NCBI GenBank assembly: GCA_964590105.1
Contig: CAZPYM010000001.1
Span: 160,395-224,394 of the forward strand
Direction: 5' to 3'
Source: an uncultured Gammaproteobacteria bacterium
GTDB lineage: Bacteria > Patescibacteriota > Patescibacteriia > UBA11705 > JABHMO01
DNA: 64,000 bases
Shown one piece after another: positions 1 through 8,560 of the stretch (position 1 is the first letter of the stretch; every line of letters starts with the position of its first letter). The position numbers and the translations under genes are program-made. The notes beneath the pieces are model-generated. The model ran no database searches. It saw only the letters and a list, made by a program, of their open reading frames with translations, and had not been told where the DNA came from.

Positions 1-693
1 GCCGATCCATTCGGACTCAAACTGTTTTTCAAATACGGGTTTTAACAGCGACAAAAAACGCTCGATGAATTTTGACGCAAAATATCCCAACAGTTCGATT
101 GATTCGGACAACGACTGCGAACGAAAAAATTTCTTCTTGCCGAAAGTCCTCTCGTCAAACATATCTTTGCTTAAATACTTGCAGACATACACTCCGACAT
201 TGTTTACATTGTCTATTTTGTTGATCTTGATAAAACCTTGTCCCCAGAGAGATTGAATTTCGGCGATTTCAACAAACGGCAATTTGCAAAGCAGGTGATA
301 ATGAACCGCCCCCCGTTTTTGAAATTCGGGAACGGCGAGGTATTCAAAGTCAGGGTATTTGTAGGAAATACGCTTGATGAACTGATTGAAGATATAATTC
401 GCTTCTTTCAGGTCGGTGATGTTTTCGGCAAAAGTCAAAGTCATGAATTTGTTTAATTGCGGGTTGGAGTTGGTCAGCCGGCGGATTTCGGTTTTAGTCC
501 GATTAAGCGAAAATTTCATTTTCTGTTTTTGCGCTTCCAGCTGTTCAAAGGCGTCTAATTGTTTTGGCTCTTTTTGAGGTTTTATATTTTCAAATTGTTT
601 CGTTTCATAATCCCGCCAGATATGTTTTTTGTATTTGAATACTTCAACCTGCTTGCCCGACACCACAACCTTTAAGTTGTAGGGGTAAGCCAT
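1..693 (-). CDS. Rolling-circle replication initiator (HUH endonuclease), 3' end runs off the window
   Basis: Manual translation from ATG at 693: MAYPYNLKVVVSGKQVEVFKY...KFMTLTFAEN...YLAVPEFQKRGAVHYHLL...WGQGFIKI...YVCKYLSKD, showing RCR motifs I (TLT), II (HYH) and III (YxxKY). Absent from the ORF track because no stop falls inside the window. Confidence 0.9.
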   Translation of the reverse strand, partial: MAYPYNLKVVVSGKQVEVFKYKKHIWRDYETKQFENIKPQKEPKQLDAFEQLEAQKQKMKFSLNRTKTEIRRLTNSNPQLNKFMTLTFAENITDLKEANYIFNQFIKRISYKYPDFEYLAVPEFQKRGAVHYHLLCKLPFVEIAEIQSLWGQGFIKINKIDNVNNVGVYVCKYLSKDMFDERTFGKKKFFRSQSLSESIELLGYFASKFIERFLSLLKPVFEKQFESEWIG

Positions 694-714
694 AACAATT
701 TTTCGTTAGATGTG

Positions 715-825
715 TGGTTATAATCAAGTTAAGAGAAAGCCGATTTTGACTCTCTTTGATCCGTTTACGGCAACCTTTTTTGCCGTCGGTCGGGCAACCC
801 GCCGGACAAAAAAGCTTGCCCGTCA
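715..825 (-). other. Candidate double-strand origin of the rolling-circle element
   Basis: The minus strand reads TTAACTTGATTATAACCAC, containing a phiX174/pC194-like CTTG|AT core (723-730) just upstream of rep. It is followed by two inverted repeats (ACGGCAA 767-773/TTGCCGT 780-786; CGGGCAA 791-797/TTGCCCG 816-822). Confidence 0.5.
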
Positions 826-1032
826 AAAATTCGGAAGCCTCAAGACAAAATTCAAAATTCAGTGGCTGTTTTCCGCATCAGGTCAAGTCATTTTAGCGTC
901 AGCTTTTCCCGAATAAAGGTAGTGCGAAGCCTCCACCTTGACTCGGGCAAGCTATCAGACGCTGTGTCTTGCCTGTCCGATACGGCAAACGGCCGGCCTG
1001 CGGACATTTATCATCGGCCGAAATTCATTTAT

Positions 1033-1356
1033 ATGAATAAACAAATTGCGTCCGCTTGGACGGGTTCGGAAAAAACTTCCGACATAGTCCGAAGGCAGAT
1101 TCGCGCCCGCTGGGGCGAAGAAGAAGCCGGCAATTACGATCCTAAAAGTAATTGCTTGACTTTCAGAAGCTGGATTAAAAACGGCTTCAAGGTCAGAAAA
1201 GGCGAAAAAGCCTTAAAGTCCTTTATCGTTATTGAAGAAAAGGACAAGAACGGCCAAACCGTCTGCAAATATCCGAAAAGTATCAGTCTTTTCTATATTC
1301 GGCAGGTTGAGCCGATCGGCAAAGCCTCGAGCGAGGCTACAGTGAGCGAGTCCTAA
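1033..1356 (+). CDS. ArdC N-terminal-like ssDNA-binding protein (probable start ATG 1033)
   Basis: The motif LTFRSWIKNGFKVRKGEKA...SLFYIRQV matches the ArdC-N pattern (TF.QW..G..V.KGEK...F...Q). Confidence 0.7.
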   Translation: MNKQIASAWTGSEKTSDIVRRQIRARWGEEEAGNYDPKSNCLTFRSWIKNGFKVRKGEKALKSFIVIEEKDKNGQTVCKYPKSISLFYIRQVEPIGKASSEATVSES

Positions 1357-1375
1357 CGGATTCGCTCACTTTTTG
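1340..1375 (+). terminator. Intrinsic terminator between convergent genes
   Basis: AGTGAGCGAGTCC...GGATTCGCTCACT stem followed by a T-run. Confidence 0.7.
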
Positions 1376-1379
1376 CCGT

Positions 1380-2078
1380 TTACTTTCTGCTTGTTTTCGA
1401 GTAAGGGGGAATTTCGTTTGAGTTTGGAACCAGTCCCGTGTTGTCGTTTGAGTGTTCCTTTTCGTATTCTCGGTGATATGGGAAAGCGGGATATTCGATA
1501 AAGTTGACCGCTTCATGGGTGTTGTAGCAGTTCGCTTTGGCTTTGCTTAACAGAAAAAATTTTCTTTTCACTGCCCGCCGTCTGATGTTGTCGTCTTTTA
1601 AGTCCTGAAGTTCGAAATACGAAACCATGAACAAAACATGAAACATGTTTTTCACTTCGGCGAAGTGCTGACCCAAATCCCTGATTCGCTTGTCGATGTT
1701 CGAGGTGTGCTGAACGCCCGCCCAAATGTCCAAAGGAATAATTTTGCCGTCTTTGTCTTTTTTGACATCGTGCCTGTGAGCCGAAAACTTCTGCTTGGCC
1801 GAGGGTGGCATTTCCTGCCATTCTCTCGAGTCGAAGTAGCCTTGAGCCTCGTCTATAAAAATTTGCCCGCCTTTTATATGAAGAAGCTCGGGAATTTCCG
1901 ACCAGAAATACACTTTGCCCAATTTCGCTTTATCAATCTTTTTCTTTTCCACATACTTGGAAAAATCCAGTTTCCAGTTGGCGTAAACATCGTAGCCTTT
2001 CAAAAACATTTCCAATGCTCGGTAAGTCATGTAAAGCGTTTTTCCGGCTCCGGGTTTGCCCGTGATGATCGTTATCAT
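1380..2078 (-). CDS. Zot-like / inovirus pI assembly ATPase
   Basis: N-terminal MITIITGKPGAGKT (Walker A), IFIDEAQ (Walker B), HRH and QH...IDKRIR motifs, in a structural gene context. Confidence 0.9.
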   Translation of the reverse strand: MITIITGKPGAGKTLYMTYRALEMFLKGYDVYANWKLDFSKYVEKKKIDKAKLGKVYFWSEIPELLHIKGGQIFIDEAQGYFDSREWQEMPPSAKQKFSAHRHDVKKDKDGKIIPLDIWAGVQHTSNIDKRIRDLGQHFAEVKNMFHVLFMVSYFELQDLKDDNIRRRAVKRKFFLLSKAKANCYNTHEAVNFIEYPAFPYHREYEKEHSNDNTGLVPNSNEIPPYSKTSRK

Positions 2079-2088
2079 AATTATTTGT

Positions 2089-2334
2089 TTAAGCCTTAAA
2101 GAAAGTGGCGACTTTCATTACCAGAGTAAACAGGAATAAAGTCATTTCCACGAAAAGAACGAGAAGCAGTATCTTGAACAAAACGAATATCGGGAATATC
2201 AGGTCTATTTTTGCGAATGTCGGATTCATCAGAGCGAAAGCGTTATTGACCGCCGTAATGACGGCGTTGCTCGGGTCTGCTTCGGGCAGAAGCCCGAAGA
2301 GTTTAATCAAGATTGTTTCGATGAGATCAAGCAT
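2089..2334 (-). CDS. Inovirus pVI-like minor coat membrane protein
   Basis: 81-aa hydrophobic protein lying between the pIII-like gene and the Zot ATPase. Confidence 0.7.
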   Translation of the reverse strand: MLDLIETILIKLFGLLPEADPSNAVITAVNNAFALMNPTFAKIDLIFPIFVLFKILLLVLFVEMTLFLFTLVMKVATFFKA

Positions 2335-2339
2335 ATTGG

Positions 2340-4013
2340 TTATTCGTTATCGCTAAAGAGGTGCGTAATCCGAAAGATCACATACACAGCGAACACCAGC
2401 CAAAGAATGGCCACGATGTAAGGACGAAGGCCGGCTGTAAAGTTCTTGACTCTTGAGTCGCTCGCGGAAAATATTTTTACATCCATGTTATACTCGCCGT
2501 CGCCAGAAACCGACTTGAATGTAATGTCGAGGGCGTTGTCGGAAGCGTCCGCATAATCGCCGTTAAACATGTCATAAAACCCGTCGTGAAAAGCGAAGTA
2601 ATAATTGAAGATGATTTTTTTCTTGAGTTCCTCGACCAAACGGGGAAAGAAATAATCGTAATCATCGGGGTTGTAGATAAAGTCCAAATCGGAAACATAA
2701 ATCCCGAACGGATATTGTCTTTTCATTTCGCCCGATTCGGTAAGCTGGACGACATAGTGCAGTCCCTGTTCCTCCGAAGCCTCGAAGTTGACCGTGTAAT
2801 TCCAAGTGTCCGGCATATCCGCCAAATCTTCGTTGTGATAGTTTGCGTCAAGAAGATTGCCGTCGGAGTCATACTGCTTAATGTTGAAATTCATGTTGGC
2901 AAGCTGTTCTTCGGGATAGACAAAGCCGAATGTTATGTCGGCATAAGTCGATCCCGCTGGTAGAGTCAGAGCCGTGTCGAAAATCGGCGAATGAATTTTG
3001 ATGTCATAGTCGTCATAATAATCGAAGTTGAAATACCAGTCGTCGGGATAGCCCTCGATGACTTCGATTCCGTCGACCTCGATAAAATCCATAAGCTCGT
3101 CGTAGTCCACACAGTCGCCCGAAACGCTGTCGATTTCTCTCGCAATAATTCTGTCAGTCAGTCCGCTTTTGTAGAACTGTCCCGAAAATGTCCCGCCCGT
3201 GCAGGCGACCGTGTACTGAATGTCATCAAATCCCAAACAGTCGCTCGTAAATCCGATTCGGTTGGCGCCGTCGGTCGGACATACGCCCTCTATGGTCAGC
3301 CAAGTGTCGTCGATCACGACTTCGCCGTGTTCGGGACTGGAAATGTAAAACGGTGGAGGATTGTTTGACTGAAACAATACATCGTCGAAATAGCCGTAAT
3401 TCTGATCGTAGTTTTGCAGATTCAGATCAACAATGTTCGTGGTTTCGGGGGTAATGCTCACGGGAAAATCGTAATAAGCGGAATACTCGCCGTCGTTTAC
3501 TTTCGCCCGGCATTTTCTGTTTTCAAGATCGTAGTTGACGGTAATGGTCGTCCAAGTATTTGATGTGAATGTTCCGACCGTTGTCGTTCCCTCACCGTGC
3601 AGAAGCTGAACAGTGTTGTCATAGGTTTTGGTCATACAGACATCCATGCTGTTCTCATTTCGGGGACGAAATTCCATTCTTTGCGTATTGCCTCCGCTCA
3701 CACTGCTTTTGTAAAAAGCAAATGAGATCGAGTCCGAATAATCCAATAAATTCGTCCCTATCGTGTAGTGAATAGAACTGCTGTAAGTGCCTCGTTTCGA
3801 ATACACGCTTTTTTGCCCGGATAAAGCTTGTGCCGTCGAAACGGTCGCGGAGCCGTAAACCACAGTCCAATCGCCCTGCCCGTTAAGGTCGCCGACTGAA
3901 AATCCCTCGAAATCTTGATTTGTCCAAGTCGAAGCTAAAGCCGACATTGGAAACAGTACGGAAGCGGTCAGCAATAAGATCGACATTATTTTTAGTTTTG
4001 TATTTCCTTTCAT
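2340..4013 (-). CDS. Inovirus pIII-like adsorption protein (signal peptide, beta-rich ectodomain, C-terminal TM anchor)
   Basis: Signal peptide ending SALA, acidic beta-rich body with paired Cys, C-terminal TM YIVAILWLVFAVYVIF; lies directly after the major coat gene. Start set at ATG 4013. Confidence 0.7.
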   Translation of the reverse strand: MKGNTKLKIMSILLLTASVLFPMSALASTWTNQDFEGFSVGDLNGQGDWTVVYGSATVSTAQALSGQKSVYSKRGTYSSSIHYTIGTNLLDYSDSISFAFYKSSVSGGNTQRMEFRPRNENSMDVCMTKTYDNTVQLLHGEGTTTVGTFTSNTWTTITVNYDLENRKCRAKVNDGEYSAYYDFPVSITPETTNIVDLNLQNYDQNYGYFDDVLFQSNNPPPFYISSPEHGEVVIDDTWLTIEGVCPTDGANRIGFTSDCLGFDDIQYTVACTGGTFSGQFYKSGLTDRIIAREIDSVSGDCVDYDELMDFIEVDGIEVIEGYPDDWYFNFDYYDDYDIKIHSPIFDTALTLPAGSTYADITFGFVYPEEQLANMNFNIKQYDSDGNLLDANYHNEDLADMPDTWNYTVNFEASEEQGLHYVVQLTESGEMKRQYPFGIYVSDLDFIYNPDDYDYFFPRLVEELKKKIIFNYYFAFHDGFYDMFNGDYADASDNALDITFKSVSGDGEYNMDVKIFSASDSRVKNFTAGLRPYIVAILWLVFAVYVIFRITHLFSDNE

Positions 4014-4031
4014 AAATATCCTTTTAAGACG

Positions 4032-4071
4032 AAAGCGGGGGCTTTTGCCCAAAGTAGTGGCAAGCCCCCGC
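4032..4071 (-). terminator. Terminator hairpin after the major coat gene
   Basis: GCGGGGGCTT...AAGCCCCCGC stem followed by TTT on the minus strand; same position as the central terminator after gene VIII in Ff phages. Confidence 0.65.
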
Positions 4072-4079
4072 CGTCAGGC

Positions 4080-4349
4080 CTATCGCATGAAGCGTCTTGC
4101 CAATCGCCAGACGAAGCCGATTGAGAAGATGATCACACCCACAATCACGATGTTGGTGATATTAGCGGTGATAACACCGACAATGTTCTCTTTCATCGTG
4201 TCCACCACACTGGCGGTGGTTGCGGCGACATCCGTGTCAACGGCCGCGAAAGCGGTTGATCCCGCCAACAGTCCGCCTGCTACCGTAAGTGAAAGGGCGG
4301 TCAGTTTGGCCTTGCTTCCCGAGATTAAGCCTTTGATTTTGGTCATCAT
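4080..4349 (-). CDS. Inovirus pVIII-like major coat protein
   Basis: Signal peptide ending AFA, acidic amphipathic N-terminus, one TM segment and a basic tail (WRLARRFMR). Confidence 0.85.
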   Translation of the reverse strand: MMTKIKGLISGSKAKLTALSLTVAGGLLAGSTAFAAVDTDVAATTASVVDTMKENIVGVITANITNIVIVGVIIFSIGFVWRLARRFMR

Positions 4350-4354
4350 AAGTT

Positions 4355-4507
4355 TTATGAGTTAATTTTTTTAACGAATAACGATAGTACGCCGACCACT
4401 GTCCCGATTATCAGACCGAGGACAATCGCTTTAGCGAAGACGGTTCCTATTAAAAGGAAATCATCCAAGTAGCACGAATTGTTCAGTAAAATATAAGCGG
4501 AACACAT
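4355..4507 (-). CDS. Small membrane protein (pVII/pIX-like), 50 aa
   Basis: Manual translation MCSAYILLNNSCYLDDFLLIGTVFAKAIVLGLIIGTVVGVLSLFVKKINS; tightly packed in the operon. Confidence 0.65.
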   Translation of the reverse strand: MCSAYILLNNSCYLDDFLLIGTVFAKAIVLGLIIGTVVGVLSLFVKKINS

Positions 4508-4508
4508 A

Positions 4509-4619
4509 CTATTTGCCCGAAATAATCGCTAAAAAAATGCTCAAGACCGTGTATAAAACAAGAGGAAAAACGAGGCTCAATCCCACTCCGGCGAATAAAT
4601 TGTTTATCATTCCTGCCAT
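4509..4619 (-). CDS. Small membrane protein (pVII/pIX-like), 36 aa
   Basis: Manual translation MAGMINNLFAGVGLSLVFPLVLYTVLSIFLAIISGK; 1-2 bp from its neighbours. Confidence 0.65.
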   Translation of the reverse strand: MAGMINNLFAGVGLSLVFPLVLYTVLSIFLAIISGK

Positions 4620-4621
4620 AT

Positions 4622-4774
4622 TTAGGATTTGAAAATAATCAGGAGGATTATCAACGCCAGCAGTCCGAAGATGACCGCAAATGAAACCGTCAGCAGTTGG
4701 CTGAAAAAATTGATTAAATCCAACGCTTGATCGGTCAGAGCGTATGTTTCGGTTGCCGTTGTAAGAAAATCCAT
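4622..4774 (-). CDS. Small membrane protein (pVII/pIX-like), 50 aa
   Basis: Manual translation MDFLTTATETYALTDQALDLINFFSQLLTVSFAVIFGLLALIILLIIFKS. Confidence 0.65.
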   Translation of the reverse strand: MDFLTTATETYALTDQALDLINFFSQLLTVSFAVIFGLLALIILLIIFKS

Positions 4775-4777
4775 AGA

Positions 4778-5041
4778 TTATTTTTTGTTCGGGATATAGT
4801 AATCCGCGAAAGCCCGCTTTCGTTTCTTGTCCTGAATGTAGTAAGGGAAGATAGACACATTTAAAGACACAGTGTCGCCTTGTTTTCCGATTTTCAAGTC
4901 CATATCGGACACATTAACTTTAATCGGATAGACGCTTCCTTCGGGTTCGATAAAAAGCGTCCGGCTTTTTCCTTCACTCCCGTCTTTGCGGGTGAATTCC
5001 CTTATCTCCTCTTTTTTGAGGACTCCTGTAAGTTTGAACAT
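4778..5041 (-). CDS. Putative pV-like single-stranded DNA-binding protein (OB-fold-like)
   Basis: 87 aa with the REFTRKDGSEG beta-hairpin typical of OB folds; first gene of the structural operon. Confidence 0.65.
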   Translation of the reverse strand: MFKLTGVLKKEEIREFTRKDGSEGKSRTLFIEPEGSVYPIKVNVSDMDLKIGKQGDTVSLNVSIFPYYIQDKKRKRAFADYYIPNKK

Positions 5042-5206
5042 AACTTTTTTGGCTTTTGGTTAATTAGCTCGCAATCGACCTTTTATATTTGCGATTATGT
5101 TTCAAGCATAGAAAATCAATATTCTGAAAAGTTCAGGTAGCCGTTTTCAGAACAATAAAAAAAGCCCCGAATTAAGGGACTTTTACGGTCTTGTTTTTTA
5201 GAATTT

Positions 5207-6013
5207 TTACAGGTATTTACGGTTCAGTTTTACCTTGCCTTTTTTGCCGGTATTGAATTTAAGAAAATCTTTAATGCCGACGGCCTGTTCGATTTTCTTG
5301 TTCAATTCCGCACAGGAGTTGTTGTATTTTTTCCAGTTGTTTTTGTTGGCTTTGTATTCGAGTTCGCCGAATTCGTCCTCGGCGATTTCCGAATAATAAA
5401 AATCGTCGGTCAGATTGTCTTTGTTGGTTATGAAAATATAGTGCAGTATTTTATGGGCGTTCGTTATTTTATCCTGTTTGCTTATCCTGATTTTGTTTCC
5501 TTTAAAGTGAAGTTCGCTTTTGTCTTCATTGAAAAAAGTTTTTTCGTCCTTGTCGTCGCCGTTTAAAAAACACTCCTGATCCAGTCGGTCGAAAATTTCG
5601 CTGTTTACAACTTTGAACGACAAAATCAGCATTTGCTTAGAATAGGGTTTTGAAAAAAGATGACAAAGTGCGCTTAATTCTTCCTTATCATAAGTTCGAC
5701 ATTTCCTCATTTTCTTCATTTTTCCGTAGATTATTTCCAGATTGCTGTAATATGTCCAAAACTCATGCGAAAAAATAGCTTTGCCTTTGACATCGAGAAA
5801 TTTGTCCTCGTCCATACAGTCATCGGGTTCGCCGATGATTTTCGCCGTGTCATCGAATATGCTTTGAAGGATGTTTTTAACGAGCGGGTCGGTGTTAAGG
5901 AAGTAAATGTATTTGTAAACGATAACAAACCGCTGAAAAAAGTTCCGTTCGATCGAAAAAAGACGAGCAAACTCGTTCATCTTTTCTTTGATGTTTTGAG
6001 CGGTAAACTGCAT
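5207..6013 (-). CDS. Hypothetical protein with possible C-terminal winged-helix DNA-binding domain
   Basis: Long ORF; the C-terminus (ELHFKGNKIRI...HKILHYIF...YSEIAED...LNKKIEQ...KVKLN) resembles an OmpR-like wHTH. Start set at ATG 6013. Confidence 0.55.
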   Translation of the reverse strand: MQFTAQNIKEKMNEFARLFSIERNFFQRFVIVYKYIYFLNTDPLVKNILQSIFDDTAKIIGEPDDCMDEDKFLDVKGKAIFSHEFWTYYSNLEIIYGKMKKMRKCRTYDKEELSALCHLFSKPYSKQMLILSFKVVNSEIFDRLDQECFLNGDDKDEKTFFNEDKSELHFKGNKIRISKQDKITNAHKILHYIFITNKDNLTDDFYYSEIAEDEFGELEYKANKNNWKKYNNSCAELNKKIEQAVGIKDFLKFNTGKKGKVKLNRKYL

Positions 6014-6421
6014 GGCTTTGGGGTATAAAAATGCTTTTTGTTCACAGAAAAGCCAGCAAGAGTGAGTCAAAGTTTATCGGTTTTTATGCTTTGTCCTGTC
6101 GACAAGTGTAAAAACCTTAGCTTTGCCGTCATACGGAGGAACACGGTCTCCGCCCGAGAGAGTGATCTCTCGTTTTGTGCCGGTCGGTCTGTACTGACCT
6201 GACACTTTCGCGGTTTGACCCGTCCTGACTTTTACCTTAGGCATAAGTTTGAGGTTAGGTGAATTAGAAATAGAAGCGTCCGACTTTAATCCGCTCCCAA
6301 CTCTGAAAACCTGAAACAGATTTTCAAAAGGAGAGCGATTAAAGTGAGCTAGGCTAAATCATTTTTCACAGCCCCCAAGCTTATTCTCTCGCTGGCTTTA
6401 CTGAAAACAAATTGTAAAATT

Positions 6422-7021
6422 TTATTTTAAATTTCTTATAATTTTTACAACTACACCCCTTATTTCAATTTCTTTTCTATACATCGGTTTATATGTCGGA
6501 TTAGCCGGTTGCAGTCTAATGTTGTCTGTTTCCTTGTAATATTTTTTTAATGTTGCTTCGTTGTCTTCCAGTACGGCCACTATTGTGTCGCCGTTTTCAG
6601 CCGTTTCTTGTTTTTTTACAATTATGATGTCGTCGTCGAATATACCGTCGCCGATCATGGAGTCGCCCTTTGCCCGCAAAGCATAAAGATTTCCTTTAAG
6701 CATAGGTTCTCGGGCTATTCTTACGGTTTCATCTTGTTCTTCAACAGCTTCAATCGGGCTACCGCAGGCAATTACTCCTTTTATGGGTATTTCAAGGTAT
6801 TGGTTTCTTTTTTTAGGCAAATACAAGCCCCGCTCCTTGCGTTCGTCTTTGGCTAAATATCCTTTATCCACAAGCTCGGTTATATGTTCATGCACGGTTG
6901 AGAGGGCGGACAGCCCGAATTTTTCGCCTATCTCTTCATAAAACGGGGAATAACCGTGTTCCTTGATGTATTTGGCGACGAAGTCCAATATCTGCTTTTG
7001 TCTTTTAGTCAGGGTATTCAT
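6422..7021 (-). CDS. lexA: LexA transcriptional repressor
   Basis: N-terminal wHTH (LTKRQKQILDF...GYSP), IACG cleavage site, GDSM serine and TLKK lysine of the S24 peptidase. Confidence 0.95.
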   Translation of the reverse strand: MNTLTKRQKQILDFVAKYIKEHGYSPFYEEIGEKFGLSALSTVHEHITELVDKGYLAKDERKERGLYLPKKRNQYLEIPIKGVIACGSPIEAVEEQDETVRIAREPMLKGNLYALRAKGDSMIGDGIFDDDIIIVKKQETAENGDTIVAVLEDNEATLKKYYKETDNIRLQPANPTYKPMYRKEIEIRGVVVKIIRNLK

Positions 7022-7040
7022 ATGCTATTATAAATTATAC

Positions 7041-7056
7041 CCGAACTGTCCCCGAA
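7041..7056 (-). promoter_or_regulatory. Candidate LexA autoregulatory operator, direct repeat TTCGG-N6-TTCGG
   Basis: CCGAA-ctgtcc-CCGAA lies 20 bp upstream of the lexA start and next to a minus-strand TATAAT. Confidence 0.6.
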
Positions 7057-7128
7057 GTGCAACATGTAAAATTTGTGGACAAAGATAAATAAAAAGGCTA
7101 TAATTTAAGCAACAAATTAATATATTAC

Positions 7129-7179
7129 TACAAAATTGCGGATGCTCTTGGCGTTTCGCTTGATGATTTAATGAAATAA
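7129..7179 (+). pseudogene. C-terminal remnant of an XRE-family HTH regulator
   Basis: Reads YKIADALGVSLDDLMK*, with no in-frame start after the upstream stop at 7090. Confidence 0.65.
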
Positions 7180-7183
7180 AAAT

Positions 7184-7537
7184 ATGGAAATAATAAGTTT
7201 TATTATTAATATTGTTCAGGTCATCATTTCAGTACTTAGTTGGCCTTTCAGAAAAATACGAAATATTATGGAAATAAAAAAAATCAGAATAAAACAAAAA
7301 GCTGATCATTTACAGGATGTTAAAGGGATGAGTGTTGATTTGGGTAATGGTGAAAAGGTGCAAATAAACGATGTAGATATTGAGCAACAGGCCAAAACTC
7401 TACAAAATACAACGGGTATGGAATTTAAAGCAACAGGCAAGCAAGAGGCGGAATTGGAAAATATAGACATAAAGAGTCCGATTGGCAGAGTAAAAATTTC
7501 AAAGGGGGTAACTATTAACAAACAAGTGGATCAATAA
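7184..7537 (+). CDS. Hypothetical protein with hydrophobic N-terminus
   Basis: 117-aa ORF ending 2 bp before the methylase start. Confidence 0.6.
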   Translation: MEIISFIINIVQVIISVLSWPFRKIRNIMEIKKIRIKQKADHLQDVKGMSVDLGNGEKVQINDVDIEQQAKTLQNTTGMEFKATGKQEAELENIDIKSPIGRVKISKGVTINKQVDQ

Positions 7538-7539
7538 TT

Positions 7540-8556
7540 ATGGCAATATCTTCAAATAAAAATTTACGCAGTGCTAATAAGGCAAAGAAAGATGAGTTTT
7601 ATACTCAGCTTTCAGATATTGAAAAGGAATTAGGGCATTATAAAGAACATTTTAAAAATAAAGTCGTATATTGCAACTGCGATGATCCGCGTGTGAGTAA
7701 TTTCTTTCATTATTTTTCTTATAATTTTGAAAGGTTAGGTCTGAAAAAGTTAATTACCACTTGTTATAAAAATCAGGAAGTAAATTTGTTTAGTCAAAAT
7801 AATTCTGAAAAAGCAATTTATTTGGAATACAAGGGAGATAAAAATGAAAAAAATGTTCCAGACATTGAAGAAATTGGGGTTAAACATTTAAGAAAAGATG
7901 GCGATTTTCGTAGTGAGGAAAGTATAGAACTTTTGAAACAAACCGATATTGTTGTGACAAATCCACCGTTCTCTTTATTTAGAGAGTATGTAGCACAACT
8001 CATGGAGTATGATAAAAAATTTATAATTATTGGAAATTTGAACGCATTAACTTATAAAGAAATATTCAAATTAATTAAAGAAAATAAGATGTGGTTAGGA
8101 GCGAGTATTCATAGTGGCGATAGAGAGTTTGGGGTTCCAAAAGATTATCCATTAACCGCCGCCAGTAGCAGGATTGATGAGAATGGAAATAAATACATTA
8201 GAGTTAAGGGGGTGCGTTGGTATACAAATTTAGATTATAAAGAAAGACATGAAAATTTAATTCTTTATAAAAAATATAAAGGACACGAAGACGAATATCC
8301 AAAATTTGATAATTACAATGCCATTAACATAGACGTGACAAAAGATATTCCAATGGATTATAAGGGTGCAATAGGTGTACCAATTACTTTTATGGATAAA
8401 TACAATCCTGATCAATTTGATATTATTGATGGCATAGGAAGATATAGCATGCTAACAGGGCCCACTGATAAAACAAGAGGAACTTATTTAACTAAAATTG
8501 ATGGTAAACCTAAATATGCACGAATTATTATAAAAAATAAGAAAGTTAATAAATAA
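7540..8556 (+). CDS. Adenine-specific DNA methyltransferase, EcoRI family
   Basis: KKDEFYT, VYCNCDDP, GDFRSEE and IVVTNPPFSLFREY motifs. Confidence 0.92.
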   Translation: MAISSNKNLRSANKAKKDEFYTQLSDIEKELGHYKEHFKNKVVYCNCDDPRVSNFFHYFSYNFERLGLKKLITTCYKNQEVNLFSQNNSEKAIYLEYKGDKNEKNVPDIEEIGVKHLRKDGDFRSEESIELLKQTDIVVTNPPFSLFREYVAQLMEYDKKFIIIGNLNALTYKEIFKLIKENKMWLGASIHSGDREFGVPKDYPLTAASSRIDENGNKYIRVKGVRWYTNLDYKERHENLILYKKYKGHEDEYPKFDNYNAINIDVTKDIPMDYKGAIGVPITFMDKYNPDQFDIIDGIGRYSMLTGPTDKTRGTYLTKIDGKPKYARIIIKNKKVNK

Positions 8557-8560
8557 AATT

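Larger units (their letters stand above)
1..6400 (-). mobile_element. Integrated inovirus-like (filamentous) prophage core; left end outside the window
   Basis: Co-oriented ssb, three small TM genes, pVIII, pIII, pVI and pI(Zot), plus an HUH Rep. Confidence 0.85.

Noticed and set aside
65-916. Short plus-strand ORFs (65-256, 238-456, 710-916) and the minus-strand 644-826 ORF in the track
   Set aside because: They are shadows of the minus-strand Rep gene (<1-693) and its origin region.
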